DNA of 64,000 nucleotides from Rickettsiales bacterium (GTDB lineage: Bacteria > Pseudomonadota > Alphaproteobacteria > UBA8366). The stretch covers positions 15,493 to 79,492 of the forward strand of contig JAYPOZ010000004.1 in assembly GCA_038131165.1 (NCBI GenBank). Reading direction: 5' to 3'. The translations under genes and the position numbers were made by a program. The notes beneath the pieces are model-generated. The model did not search any database and was not told where the DNA came from. It was given only the letters and a program-made list of their open reading frames with translations. This document shows positions 48,212 through 63,761 of the stretch, piece after piece (within the stretch, counting starts at the first letter, position 1; each line of letters begins with the position of its first letter).

Positions 48212-48257
48212 AACCGTAGCGCCGGTGATGCCGCACCGAGCGATGCAATGCTGTATG

Positions 48258-48288
48258 TACGCGGCCGTCCCGACCGGACGGCCGCGTA
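48258..48288 (+). terminator. stem-loop downstream of ftsZ (13-bp perfect stem, 5-nt loop, no U-tract)
   Basis: TACGCGGCCGTCC-cgacc-GGACGGCCGCGTA lies 47 nt after the ftsZ stop. Confidence 0.5.
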
Positions 48289-48460
48289 ACATATCGAAAC
48301 AAAGAGTGATTTGAGACTGAAATGTCGGGTTGCTACAAGATCATACGCGATATTCGGATATCTCCGTAGAACCGTCGGTTCGTGTTCTGGGGGGCGTACG
48401 GGAAGTCAAATGCGAGTGGAGGTCGACAGGGTGGAAGTTTTGAACAGGACAGTGCGGCGC

Positions 48461-49396
48461 ATGATTTCCGGCGGCCTTGTCCGGCAAAAAACCCTTAAGG
48501 GCGACGTTGAATGCAGCGGAGTGGCGCTTCATAGCGGAAAGTCCGTAAGAATGCGCCTGCGTCCGGCAGCACCCGAATCGGGCATCCGATTCCGTCGCAC
48601 CGATGTCGATGCGAATGTTTGCGATATACCCGCGCGTTTCGACAATGTCGTGGAAACGCGCCTCTGCACCACGGTTGCAAATAAACATGGCGTCAAGGTC
48701 GCGACGATCGAGCATTTGATGGCGGCGCTGGCGGGTTGCGAGATTGACAATGCCATTATCGAATTGGATGCCGACGAAGTGCCGGTTATGGACGGTAGTT
48801 CGGCGCCATTTGTCCGGTTGATCGAAGGCATTGGGATTAAAGAGCAGAGCTTGCCTCGGCGGGCCATCCGGGTTGTGCGGCCGATCAGTGTCCGCGATGG
48901 CGCAAAATTCCTGAAGGTCGAGCCTTCGGACGTGCCGCTTGTGAACCTCGAGATAGAATTCGATTGTGCCAGTATTGGGCGCCAATCGCTCACCCTACCG
49001 ATGACGAAAGACGCGTTTGTCGACGGTGTGGCGGATGCGCGGACCTTCGGGTTCCTGCATGAGGTCGAAGCGCTTCGCGCGGCCGGCCTCGCCCGTGGCG
49101 GCTCGCTCGACAATGCGGTTGTCCTCTCGGACGACGGTATCCTGAATGAAGAAGGTCTGCGTCATCAGGATGAGTTCGTACGCCATAAAATTCTCGATTG
49201 CATAGGTGACCTTTACCTTGCCGGCGCACCGATTATCGGCGCTGTGAGCGGCAGTTGCAGTGGTCATGCGCTCAACAACGCCCTGCTTTTGGCGCTTTTC
49301 GAGGATGAGACGGCGTGGGTATGGGAGAGTGTCGAGGCCGATGATTTCGACGACGCCGCGACGTGGGAAGCCGAGCCCGAGTTGATGCCGGCCTGA
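48461..49396 (+). CDS. lpxC: UDP-3-O-acyl-N-acetylglucosamine deacetylase
   Basis: 311 aa from ATG 48461 (MISGGLVRQKTLKG...GVALHSG), with ATIEHLMAAL and HKILDCIGDL motifs. The ORF track starts earlier, at 48311. Confidence 0.9.
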   Translation: MISGGLVRQKTLKGDVECSGVALHSGKSVRMRLRPAAPESGIRFRRTDVDANVCDIPARFDNVVETRLCTTVANKHGVKVATIEHLMAALAGCEIDNAIIELDADEVPVMDGSSAPFVRLIEGIGIKEQSLPRRAIRVVRPISVRDGAKFLKVEPSDVPLVNLEIEFDCASIGRQSLTLPMTKDAFVDGVADARTFGFLHEVEALRAAGLARGGSLDNAVVLSDDGILNEEGLRHQDEFVRHKILDCIGDLYLAGAPIIGAVSGSCSGHALNNALLLALFEDETAWVWESVEADDFDDAATWEAEPELMPA

Positions 49397-49560
49397 GGTT
49401 GAATTCAGCCTTTTATTCCCCACCTGCGCCTTTGGATTTAACGCAAGATCCTTAAAGACAACATGTAGGCATCAAGGCCCCTTGGTGTTATAAAGCCTGC
49501 TCGGCGGATTGGCTTCGATTGAGGCCGAAATTCACTGTCTATGCTTGGTCGATGAGGTCA

Positions 49561-50409
49561 ATGAAACCACTCAGAAAATGCAGGGCGGGTTGGTCCGCGC
49601 TAATCGTTCTTGGGATTTTCCTTTCGGGCTGCGATTCAATATCGCTGCCGGGCCTTTCCGAGGGCGACGAGCAAAGGACATTCAGCGATACGTCCGTCGA
49701 GGGTCTCTATAACAGTGCCATGGATAATCTGCAGGCGGGTTGGTACGATACCGCGGCCAGCCTCTTCGACGAGCTTGAGCGCCAGCATCCTTACTCAGCT
49801 TGGGCGACGAAAGCGCAACTGATGGCGGCATACTCGCATTATCAGAACGGCACGTATGACGAGGCGATCATCGCGCTCGACCGTTTTATCGAGCTGCATC
49901 CAGGTCACCGCGACGTCGGATATGCCTATTATCTGAAAGCGCTATCCTACTATGAGCAAATTTCCGACGTCGGCCGGGATCAGAAGATGACCCGATTGGC
50001 GTTGGCGTCGCTCGGCGATATCGTCAAGCGCTTTCCGGGAACGCCTTTTGCGCGGGATGCGCGGATCAAGCTTGACCTGACGCAAGACCATTTGGCCGGC
50101 AAGGAGATGGAAATCGGTCGGTACTACATGCATCGGGGCGAATTTCTGGCCGCGATCAACCGCTTTAAGTCCGTGATCGAGCGCTTTCAAACCACCACCC
50201 ATGTCCCGGAAGCGCTTCACCGGGTGACCGAGGCCTATCTGGCGCTCGGCATTACCGACGAAGCGCAAATGGCGACCGCCGTGCTCGGGTATAATTATCC
50301 CGGAAACCGCTGGTACGAAGCGAGCTATGCGCTGCTCGAACAACGCTCTCTGGCACCGGAGCGTAAGGAAAAATCCTGGATGAGCTGGCTCTGGACCTGG
50401 GCGAATTGA
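49561..50409 (+). CDS. bamD: outer membrane protein assembly factor BamD
   Basis: Lipoprotein signal with lipobox LSGC and TPR-like repeats. GAGGT lies 5 nt upstream of ATG 49561. The gene sits in the conserved lpxC-bamD-recN context. Confidence 0.85.
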   Translation: MKPLRKCRAGWSALIVLGIFLSGCDSISLPGLSEGDEQRTFSDTSVEGLYNSAMDNLQAGWYDTAASLFDELERQHPYSAWATKAQLMAAYSHYQNGTYDEAIIALDRFIELHPGHRDVGYAYYLKALSYYEQISDVGRDQKMTRLALASLGDIVKRFPGTPFARDARIKLDLTQDHLAGKEMEIGRYYMHRGEFLAAINRFKSVIERFQTTTHVPEALHRVTEAYLALGITDEAQMATAVLGYNYPGNRWYEASYALLEQRSLAPERKEKSWMSWLWTWAN

Positions 50410-50416
50410 TGCGGCG

Positions 50417-56219
<5,803 letters not shown>

Positions 56220-56396
56220 TTCCTACTCCCGATCCTGATCGCGACGTAAAGCTAGGCACGCGCCCGCCCGCCCGCAAGACCAAATGGGACGATGGGGTCG
56301 GCTGCTTCCTATGCAAAAAACGCATGGCAGCGGTGCAATCTTTCTTGTCAAAAATTTTATCGGAAAGGCGCATAATCCACCCAACGTGCGCGCCGC

Positions 56397-57284
56397 TTAT
56401 CGCTTCCCCCCAAAGCGCGTCAGGACGAAGGTCGTCCATCCGTCCGAACCCTCCTTTCGGGCAAGATGGTAGTCCCGGCGCTGATAAGCGGCGCGCACGC
56501 CATTCTCCTGATATTGCGTGAAGCCGGACAAAACAACCGTACCTCCTGGTGCAATGCATCGGCGGATGTCGGTCGCCATGTCGATCAAGGGGCGCGCGAG
56601 TATATTGGCGACGATCAGGCCGTAAGGTCCTTGCCGGGCGACCGGCCCGCTTGCGAGGCCGTCGCTCCTGACGGTCCGAACGAAGGGCGTCGCCCGATTC
56701 AGAATTACGTTCTTTTGGGCTGTCGCGACCGCATCGGGGTCGATATCGGCCGCAAGCACCCTGCGGCGCCAGCGTTTTGCGATTGCCAGAGCGAGAATGC
56801 CCGTACCGCAGCCGAGGTCGAGAATTCGGCCGCGAGGAGGGCGCCGCGAGAGAAATTCCAGCGCCCTGAGGCAGCCGATTGTGGAGCCGTGCGAGCCGGT
56901 GCCGAACGCCGGCCCGGCATCGATCGCCAACGCCGTCGCGCCGGGAGGGATCGCACCCTCGTAGTGGGTGGGGTGGACGAAGAAACGGCCGGCGACGATG
57001 GGCTGGAACGATTTCTGGTTCTCGGCGACCCAGTCGATGGCCGGCAGCGGCAGGACCCGTATCTCGGGCTCCGGCAGACCGGACAATTCTGCCGCAAGCG
57101 CCACGGCGCCGACGACGGCGTCTTCGTCGGGCTGGCTGACGGCAAAGGCTTCCACGCGCCAAAGCAGTGAGCCGGGAATTTCGAATACCGAGGTTGCGTT
57201 GGCCAGCGGCGCCAGCGCCCGCTCGAAGGTCTCGGCCGCTTCTTTGGGCACCTCCACCACCAGGGTCCAGCCGGATATCGTCAT
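56397..57284 (-). CDS. prmA: ribosomal protein L11 methyltransferase
   Basis: 295 aa with the PrmA pattern (FGTGSHGST) and the SAM motif LDLGCGTGILALA. Confidence 0.85.
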   Translation of the reverse strand: MTISGWTLVVEVPKEAAETFERALAPLANATSVFEIPGSLLWRVEAFAVSQPDEDAVVGAVALAAELSGLPEPEIRVLPLPAIDWVAENQKSFQPIVAGRFFVHPTHYEGAIPPGATALAIDAGPAFGTGSHGSTIGCLRALEFLSRRPPRGRILDLGCGTGILALAIAKRWRRRVLAADIDPDAVATAQKNVILNRATPFVRTVRSDGLASGPVARQGPYGLIVANILARPLIDMATDIRRCIAPGGTVVLSGFTQYQENGVRAAYQRRDYHLARKEGSDGWTTFVLTRFGGKR

Positions 57285-57306
57285 GAGGGGAACACCGTCT
57301 GCAGTC

Positions 57307-59625
57307 TCACGGTCTGGCGACGAACTGCGCCATCACGCGCTTGGTGCCCGCGTTGTCGAACTCGATCGTGAGGTGATCGCCGTCAACCGTGGTGATCGTG
57401 CCCATGCCGAACTTCTGATGGAAGCATCGGTCCGAGGGTGCAAAGTCTCCGGACTCGCCGACCGGAAATGCGACTCCGTCGATTGTCGCCGGTTCGTTTC
57501 GCCGTCGCTGAAAGCGCTGCCATCCGGGGCCGCCGACGGTGCTGGTGCCCCATGCGTCGCCGGCGTCCGAATCGTTCAGCCCGCCGTAATGGCCGTAACC
57601 GCCGTAACCCCCGACCTCGCTGGTCATCTCCACCTGTTCGGCGGGCAGCTCGTCGATGAACCGCGACGGGGCCGAATTCTGCCAAAGGTTATGAATCCGG
57701 CGGTTCGACGCATAGGAGATATCGACCCGCTTGCGCGCCCGGGTAATGCCGACATAGGCAAGGCGGCGTTCTTCCTCGAGGCCCGACAGGCCGCTTTCGT
57801 CGAGTGCCCGCTGATGCGGAAACAAGCCTTCTTCCCAGCCCGGCAGGAAGACGACATCGAACTCCAAGCCTTTTGCGCTGTGCAGGGTCATCAGGCTGAC
57901 CATCTCGCCCTTGTTGCTTTCGGCGTTCTCCATCACCAGGCTCACATGCTCCATGAAACCGGCCAGAGATTCGAATTCCTCCATTGCCGAGATCAGTTCT
58001 TTCAGGTTCTCGAGCCGTCCGGCCGCGTCCGCCTGCTTTTTGATCCGGGCCTGCCACATTTCCGTATATCCGGATTCGTCCAATACCGTTTCCGCCAATT
58101 CCGTATGATGGGCGGTCTCCGCCAACCGCCGCCAGCGTTCGAAATCGTCAACGATCGTGGCCAGTGCGCGTTTCGCCTGCGGACGAAGCTCGTCCGTGGC
58201 CAGTACGTCGAGCGCCGAAGCATATAGCGAACGGCGGCTGGCACGGGCAATTTCATGCAGGGTCTGCAGCGTCGTCTTGCCGATTCCGCGTGTCGGTTTG
58301 TTGATGATGCGCTCGAATGCCAGGTCGTCGTCCGGCTGGCGGACGACGCGGAGATAGGCGATGGCGTCGCGAATTTCCTCGCGCTCGTAGAACCGGGGAC
58401 CGCCGATCACCCGGTACGGCACGCCGAGCGTAATAAAACGCTCTTCGAACTCCCGTGTCTGAAAGCTGGCCCGGACGAGAATCGCGACCTCGTCGAGCGA
58501 CGTACCCTTGCTGTGGAGCGCTTCGATCTCCTCTCCGATCATGCGGGCTTCCGCCTCGCCATCCCAGACGCCCCGCACGGCCAGTTTCTCGCCCTGATTG
58601 GCTTCGGTCCACAGGGTCTTGCCGAGCCGGTCTTCGTTATTGGCGATGAGGCCGGACGCTGCTGCCAGGATTTGCGGTGTGGAGCGGTAATTGCGTTCCA
58701 GCCGGACGACTTTCGCGCCGGGAAAGTCCTGCTCGAAGCGCAGGATGTTGCCGATCTCCGCGCCCCGCCAGCCGTAGATCGATTGGTCGTCGTCGCCGAC
58801 GCAGCAGATGTTTTTCTGTTCCTGCGCCAGCAGGCGGAGCCAAAGATACTGGGCGACGTTCGTGTCCTGATACTCGTCGACCAGAATGTACCGGAACAGG
58901 TTTTGGTAATCCTTCAGGACATCGGGCGCCGCCGTGAAGACGGTGAGGCAATGCATCAGCAGGTCACCAAAATCCGCCGCGTTCAACGTCTGCAGGCGTT
59001 CTTGATATTCCGCATAGAGACGGATGGCGCGCCCATTGGCAAAATCTCCGGCTTCCCCGGCCGAGACCTTATCCGGCGTCAGGCCCTTGTCTTTCCAGCG
59101 CTGGATCAGTCCCGACAGCGCCCGCGCCGGCCACCGCTTCTCGTCGATATTCGCGGCCTGCAAATGCTGTTTCAGCAGGCGGATCTGGTCGTCCATATCG
59201 AGAATGGTGAAGTCGGGCCGAAGACCCACGACCTCCGCGTGACGGCGCAGAATACGTGCGCCGAGAGCATGAAAAGTGCCGAGCCACATGCCTTCCACCA
59301 CGCCGCCGATCTGCCGTTCCACCCGGTCGCGCATCTCCCGCGCCGCCTTGTTGGTGAAGGTCACGGCGAGGATTTGGTAAGGCCGCGCCTTGCCCTGATG
59401 GAGCAGATGCGCGAGGCGCGTCGTCAGCACCCGTGTCTTGCCAGTGCCGGCGCCGGCGAGCACGAGGACAGGCCCGTCGAGCGCCTCCACGGCCTCCCGT
59501 TGCGCCTCATTCAGCGAATCGAGGATCGATGCGGCAGGGGCCGACCCGGCGGAACCCGGCGAAACCGTTGATCCAGGCGGGCTTGTGTCCGCATCAAGCG
59601 GATCGTCATAGAGAGGGTCACTCAT
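57307..59625 (-). CDS. uvrD: UvrD/Rep/PcrA-family ATP-dependent DNA helicase
   Basis: 772 aa with SF1 motifs (AGAGTGKTRVLT, VDEYQDTN, TLHSAKGLEFDVVF, RRLAYVGITRA). Confidence 0.9.
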   Translation of the reverse strand: MSDPLYDDPLDADTSPPGSTVSPGSAGSAPAASILDSLNEAQREAVEALDGPVLVLAGAGTGKTRVLTTRLAHLLHQGKARPYQILAVTFTNKAAREMRDRVERQIGGVVEGMWLGTFHALGARILRRHAEVVGLRPDFTILDMDDQIRLLKQHLQAANIDEKRWPARALSGLIQRWKDKGLTPDKVSAGEAGDFANGRAIRLYAEYQERLQTLNAADFGDLLMHCLTVFTAAPDVLKDYQNLFRYILVDEYQDTNVAQYLWLRLLAQEQKNICCVGDDDQSIYGWRGAEIGNILRFEQDFPGAKVVRLERNYRSTPQILAAASGLIANNEDRLGKTLWTEANQGEKLAVRGVWDGEAEARMIGEEIEALHSKGTSLDEVAILVRASFQTREFEERFITLGVPYRVIGGPRFYEREEIRDAIAYLRVVRQPDDDLAFERIINKPTRGIGKTTLQTLHEIARASRRSLYASALDVLATDELRPQAKRALATIVDDFERWRRLAETAHHTELAETVLDESGYTEMWQARIKKQADAAGRLENLKELISAMEEFESLAGFMEHVSLVMENAESNKGEMVSLMTLHSAKGLEFDVVFLPGWEEGLFPHQRALDESGLSGLEEERRLAYVGITRARKRVDISYASNRRIHNLWQNSAPSRFIDELPAEQVEMTSEVGGYGGYGHYGGLNDSDAGDAWGTSTVGGPGWQRFQRRRNEPATIDGVAFPVGESGDFAPSDRCFHQKFGMGTITTVDGDHLTIEFDNAGTKRVMAQFVARP

Positions 59626-59741
59626 TGTTTTATTATAGCATGCCCATCGCGCTTGGAAGATCGATCACGATCCGGTGCGCAATCTGATAATCGGCGACGA
59701 AATGATGTATACTTTTAAATCTGTCCGAGAGGAGCGAAACG

Positions 59742-60761
59742 ATGGGTTCGAAAAGCGTAAATTGGCGCCGAAGGGGAGCGCTGTTCCTCGCAGTCCAGTT
59801 TCTCTTCGCCAGTCTCGCGATGGGCGCGGTGCGTGCGTCGGATGCGAACGCCGGCGATGTCTTCGACGCGGTTCTGAAATTGACGGCGGAGGTCCCCGAA
59901 GACGCGAGGACCGCCAAATCGCTCGGCACACGGCGCGAAGGATATGCGGTGGCCATCGATTCGAACGGCCTCGCGCTGACCATTGGCTATCTGATCCTCG
60001 AGGCGGAAGCCGTTACCCTGACGACGGGCGACGGCCGCGTCGTTCCCGCGCAAATCCTGGCATACGACCACGATACCGGATTCGGCATGGTGCGCGCCCT
60101 GCAACCTCTTGGCATCAAGCCGTTGCGGATGGGCGACTCCGGCACTGCCGCGGACGGCTCCGATGTCTTGGTCGTCGGGCATGGCGGTGCCGCGAATGCG
60201 ATTACGGCACGGGTTGTCTCGCGCCGCGATTTTGCGGGCTATTGGGAGTACTTGCTCAAAGATGCCATTTTCACAGTGCCGCCCTTTGCCCGGTTTGGCG
60301 GCGCGGCGCTCGTCAACGACGCGGGCCAGCTGGTCGGGATCGGCTCCCTGATCATACCGAACGCGGCGGGGCCGAACATCCATAGTCCGGGCAATATGTT
60401 CGTCCCGATCAACGCGCTAAAGCCGATCATGGCCGATTTATTGGACGGCGGGCGGTCCGGACGCCGTCAAAACCCATGGATCGGCCTCTATACCGCCGAG
60501 CAATCGGGATTTTTAATCGTGCAACGGCTGGCATCCGACGGTCCCTCGGCGCGCGCAGGGATCGCGGCGGGAGATATCGTCGTTTCCGTCGCCGGAAACC
60601 CGGTGTCGGGTCAGATCGATTTCTATCGGAAATTATGGGCACTCGGCGGCCCGGGGACCACGGTCGAATTGACCGTTCTCAAGCCCGGTGGCGGTCTTAG
60701 AACGGTCAGCGTGCAATCGACGGACCGGTATAGCTGGTTGCGCCTGTCGAAGGGGAATTAG
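59742..60761 (+). CDS. secreted HtrA/DegP-like trypsin-fold + PDZ protein lacking the canonical catalytic triad
   Basis: Signal peptide (ALFLAVQFLFASLAMGAVRA), a trypsin-like fold colinear with DegP, and a C-terminal PDZ (GIAAGDIVVSVAGNPV). By-eye alignment puts Y83, G113 and F185/G186 at the His/Asp/Ser positions. Confidence 0.7.
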   Translation: MGSKSVNWRRRGALFLAVQFLFASLAMGAVRASDANAGDVFDAVLKLTAEVPEDARTAKSLGTRREGYAVAIDSNGLALTIGYLILEAEAVTLTTGDGRVVPAQILAYDHDTGFGMVRALQPLGIKPLRMGDSGTAADGSDVLVVGHGGAANAITARVVSRRDFAGYWEYLLKDAIFTVPPFARFGGAALVNDAGQLVGIGSLIIPNAAGPNIHSPGNMFVPINALKPIMADLLDGGRSGRRQNPWIGLYTAEQSGFLIVQRLASDGPSARAGIAAGDIVVSVAGNPVSGQIDFYRKLWALGGPGTTVELTVLKPGGGLRTVSVQSTDRYSWLRLSKGN

Positions 60762-62530
60762 ACCGCGTCCGAGTCTTCGCCGCGCGCGGCCAAAATGGCC
60801 CGACGGTAGGCCATCATGACATCGCGCTGGTGGACGACCCCCAATAGGCGTTGTGTTTTGGCATTATCGATGACCGCAATATGATCCTCGCCCTCGGCCT
60901 GCATCCAGCGCATGGCGACCCCGAGATCCTGGTCGCTTTCCAATGTCGGCGGATGCAGGCGGGCGACGTCCTGCGCGTTGAGCAGGATGTCGATCTCGGT
61001 ATCAAACGCCGTGTCGGAGAGGTCGGCGAAGGTGATCGTGCCGTGCAAGCCGCCGTCCTTATCGACCACGAACAGGGTGCCATAAGGGGAGGCCGCGAGT
61101 TTTTCGCGTACCTTGATCATTGGGTCTGCCGGCTCGACGGTTACGGTGTCGTCCGACATTACTTCCGCCACTTTGACGTCCCGGAGAACACGTTGCTCGT
61201 GGCCTTGGCGGACGTTCAATCCCCGGCGCTCGAGCTGCCAGGTAAAATAGGAATGGCCGAACTGGTAACGGGTCACAAGAGTCGCAACGATGGTGGCGAC
61301 CATGACCGCTACGGTCAGCGCATAGTCGCCGGTTAATTCGAAGATCATCAGGATCGTCGAAATGGGGGCGCCAAGAACGGCTCCCGCGACCGCACCCATG
61401 CCGACAATCGTGTAAGCGCCGGGCCCGGAGGAAAGTTCGGGATTGGCGAGCGTTGCCAGGACCCCGAAGGCGCCGCCGAGCATCGCGCCGAGAAACAGTG
61501 ATGGCGAGAAAACGCCGCCGCCAAATCCGCAGCCGAGGCTAATTGCTGTGGCGATCAATTTCACCGCCAAGAGGGCGAACAGCATCGTAAGGGTCAGCGC
61601 CTCGCGCAAAGCATCGTCGGTCGCGGCATATCCCACGCCCAGAACCTGTGGATAGGCGATGGCGATCAACCCGACAATCAAACCGCCGATTGCGGGCTGT
61701 AGCCAAATGGGAATTGGGCTGCGCTGCATTAAGGATCGGGCACTCGAGATGGACCGCATGAAGACGATGGCGATCATGGCGCTCAACAGACCGAGTATCG
61801 CGAAGGCGGGAAATTCCAGAAAGGAGGCGATGTCGTGGGTGCCGATGATAAAGGCGGGGTAATCGCCGAAATAGCTGCGCGAGACCATCGTGCCCGCGAC
61901 CGATGCGATGACCACGGGGGCGGAGGCGCCGAGGGCATAGTGGCCGACGACGACTTCGAGGGCAAAGAACCAGCCGGCAATGGGCGCGTTGAAGGATGCG
62001 GCCACGGCGGCGGCGACGCCGCACCCCAATAATGTCCTCGCCAGGGAGCGGCCGAGATGAAGCTTCTCCGCAATCCACGCGCCGAGGGTCGCGCCCAAAT
62101 GTACCACCGGACCCTCTCGGCCGACCGACGCTCCGGCGCCGATTGACACGGCACTCGACAGAGCGGAGAGCAATCCGACCCGCAAATTCATCTGACCGTC
62201 CCGCAGGGCGTTGGCTTCGATTACGTCCGCGACGCCGTGGACCCGGCGACCGGGTATTAGGCGCCACGCGATGAGGCCGACGATCAGCCCGCCGGATGTG
62301 GTCGACAAGATGACCTGCCACCACTCGAATTCTTCATACAGGTTGGCAAGTCGGTCGTATTGGGCCTCCAGGACGAGTCCTTGAAAGAAGGCGATGGCCT
62401 CGCGGAACAGAATCGCGCTGCCGCCACCAAGCACGCCGATCGCAACAGCCAAGATAAAGAGGATCACCTGCTCGTGTCGGACCATCTGTCCAACACGTCT
62501 TAGAGGCATCGTAATATCGAAACGCGACAA
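60758..62530 (-). CDS. ClC-family chloride channel/transporter with C-terminal CBS pair
   Basis: 590 aa with the selectivity motifs GREGP and GGGVFSP and two CBS-like repeats at the C-terminus. Confidence 0.9.
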   Translation of the reverse strand: MSRFDITMPLRRVGQMVRHEQVILFILAVAIGVLGGGSAILFREAIAFFQGLVLEAQYDRLANLYEEFEWWQVILSTTSGGLIVGLIAWRLIPGRRVHGVADVIEANALRDGQMNLRVGLLSALSSAVSIGAGASVGREGPVVHLGATLGAWIAEKLHLGRSLARTLLGCGVAAAVAASFNAPIAGWFFALEVVVGHYALGASAPVVIASVAGTMVSRSYFGDYPAFIIGTHDIASFLEFPAFAILGLLSAMIAIVFMRSISSARSLMQRSPIPIWLQPAIGGLIVGLIAIAYPQVLGVGYAATDDALREALTLTMLFALLAVKLIATAISLGCGFGGGVFSPSLFLGAMLGGAFGVLATLANPELSSGPGAYTIVGMGAVAGAVLGAPISTILMIFELTGDYALTVAVMVATIVATLVTRYQFGHSYFTWQLERRGLNVRQGHEQRVLRDVKVAEVMSDDTVTVEPADPMIKVREKLAASPYGTLFVVDKDGGLHGTITFADLSDTAFDTEIDILLNAQDVARLHPPTLESDQDLGVAMRWMQAEGEDHIAVIDNAKTQRLLGVVHQRDVMMAYRRAILAARGEDSDAV

Positions 62531-62607
62531 GGCGATTCTTTTCGCTGCGGGTGACCTGAACCCGAATCTTAAAGGAGTGTCGACTGCCGCGAAAGGCCGA
62601 ACGGGAC

Positions 62608-63225
62608 TTATTCGGCTGCGCTATTGGTCAGTTCGGTCTCCAGGACGGCCTTGTTGCGTCCCGTCCGCTTGGCTTGATAGAGCGCATCGTCGGAGCGTTG
62701 GATAAGGTCGACAAGCGCTTCCCCGGGGCGGTATTGAGCCAGGCCGAGCGAGATCGTGATCGAACTGAGCTCCTCGCCGGTTTGCTTCTTGCGGAACCGC
62801 TTGCTGCTGATCGAAGTGCGAATTTTCTCGGCGAGAATCCGACCCGTTTCCAAGACCGTGTCGGGAAGGATGACGGCGAATTCCTCGCCGCCGTAGCGTG
62901 CCGCCGTATCCCGCCCTTTGATGTTCGACGCCAAGGTATGGGCGACCAGCCGCAAAACATCGTCGCCGGTCTGATGACCATAATTGTCGTTGAATTTCTT
63001 GAAATGATCGATGTCGACGAGCATCAGGGATAGCGGCGAGCCGTTCTCCATGGCGTGCAGAACCGACGTGCGCAGATGGATGTCGAAATACTTCCGGTTC
63101 GCGATGCCCGTCAAGGCGTCGGTCATTGCCTCCCGCCGAACTTCTTCCAGGCTGCGCCGCAGGCTGTCGATCTCCGAGGTCGTCGCCTTCAGGCGTTCCT
63201 CGAGATTGCGGCTGCGGACCAGCAT
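62608..63225 (-). CDS. GGDEF diguanylate cyclase, C-terminal fragment of a frameshift-split gene
   Basis: GGDEF domain (DALTGIANRKYF...RYGGEEFAVIL). The frame stays open upstream of ATG 63225 as far as 63339 and reads as continuous protein. Confidence 0.8.
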   Translation of the reverse strand: MLVRSRNLEERLKATTSEIDSLRRSLEEVRREAMTDALTGIANRKYFDIHLRTSVLHAMENGSPLSLMLVDIDHFKKFNDNYGHQTGDDVLRLVAHTLASNIKGRDTAARYGGEEFAVILPDTVLETGRILAEKIRTSISSKRFRKKQTGEELSSITISLGLAQYRPGEALVDLIQRSDDALYQAKRTGRNKAVLETELTNSAAE

Positions 63226-63299
63226 CTCGTTGGTTTCCTTTTGCAGGGCGCCGACGACGTGACTGAGATCGTCCGCGGTGCCAGCGCCGCGAATCTCGT

Positions 63300-63692
63300 C
63301 TAAGGAGTCTCCAAGGTGGTCTTGAAGTTCTCGGTGCCTTCAGCCGCTTCCGCGAGAAACTGACCCACCTCTTTCACAGAAGAGTCGATTTGTTCGCTGG
63401 CTTCCTGGATGCGGGCGCCTTCCTTCGTGAATCCGAAGAATTTTTCGAATAGCTCGGCGTTTTCGTAACTGTCGAAATTGGTGCCGTCCGCGATGAGTTT
63501 GTCGATGGCGCGTAATAAATCGGGTTCGCGTCCGCTGACATAGGTATACCAGACCGTAAAGTTCTGCGGCGTAGACGGAATGCTGCGCTCCGTCATCATG
63601 CCGATGGCCTTTTCGGCTGTGCTGGCCGCGACTCTAATGTCGTCCGGATGTTCCAATATAAAACCCCAACTCGCCCACATATCGTTAACCAT
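63300..63692 (-). CDS. N-terminal sensory/helical fragment of the same diguanylate cyclase gene
   Basis: 130-aa ORF ending in TAG 63300-63302. It overlaps the open upstream extension of the GGDEF frame by 40 nt in a different frame. Confidence 0.6.
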   Translation of the reverse strand: MVNDMWASWGFILEHPDDIRVAASTAEKAIGMMTERSIPSTPQNFTVWYTYVSGREPDLLRAIDKLIADGTNFDSYENAELFEKFFGFTKEGARIQEASEQIDSSVKEVGQFLAEAAEGTENFKTTLETP

Positions 63693-63761
63693 ACAGGCAT
63701 GAATGGTAGCAGACTACCAAATGCGCGCAAAAATCCAAATGTGTTTTGGTTCAATCTCCGG

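Noticed and set aside
50300-50416. Looked for an alphaproteobacterial LexA box (GTTC-N7-GTTC / GAAC-N7-GAAC) upstream of recN, and likewise upstream of uvrD (59626-59741).
   Set aside because: Only a single GAAC half-site (within TCGAACAACGCTC) occurs upstream of recN, and there is none upstream of uvrD. No convincing SOS box was found.
62531-62607. A fluoride (crcB-type) riboswitch upstream of the ClC gene.
   Set aside because: The leader is only about 77 nt and no recognisable conserved riboswitch core was seen. The channel has CBS domains typical of general ClC proteins rather than the ClC-F type.
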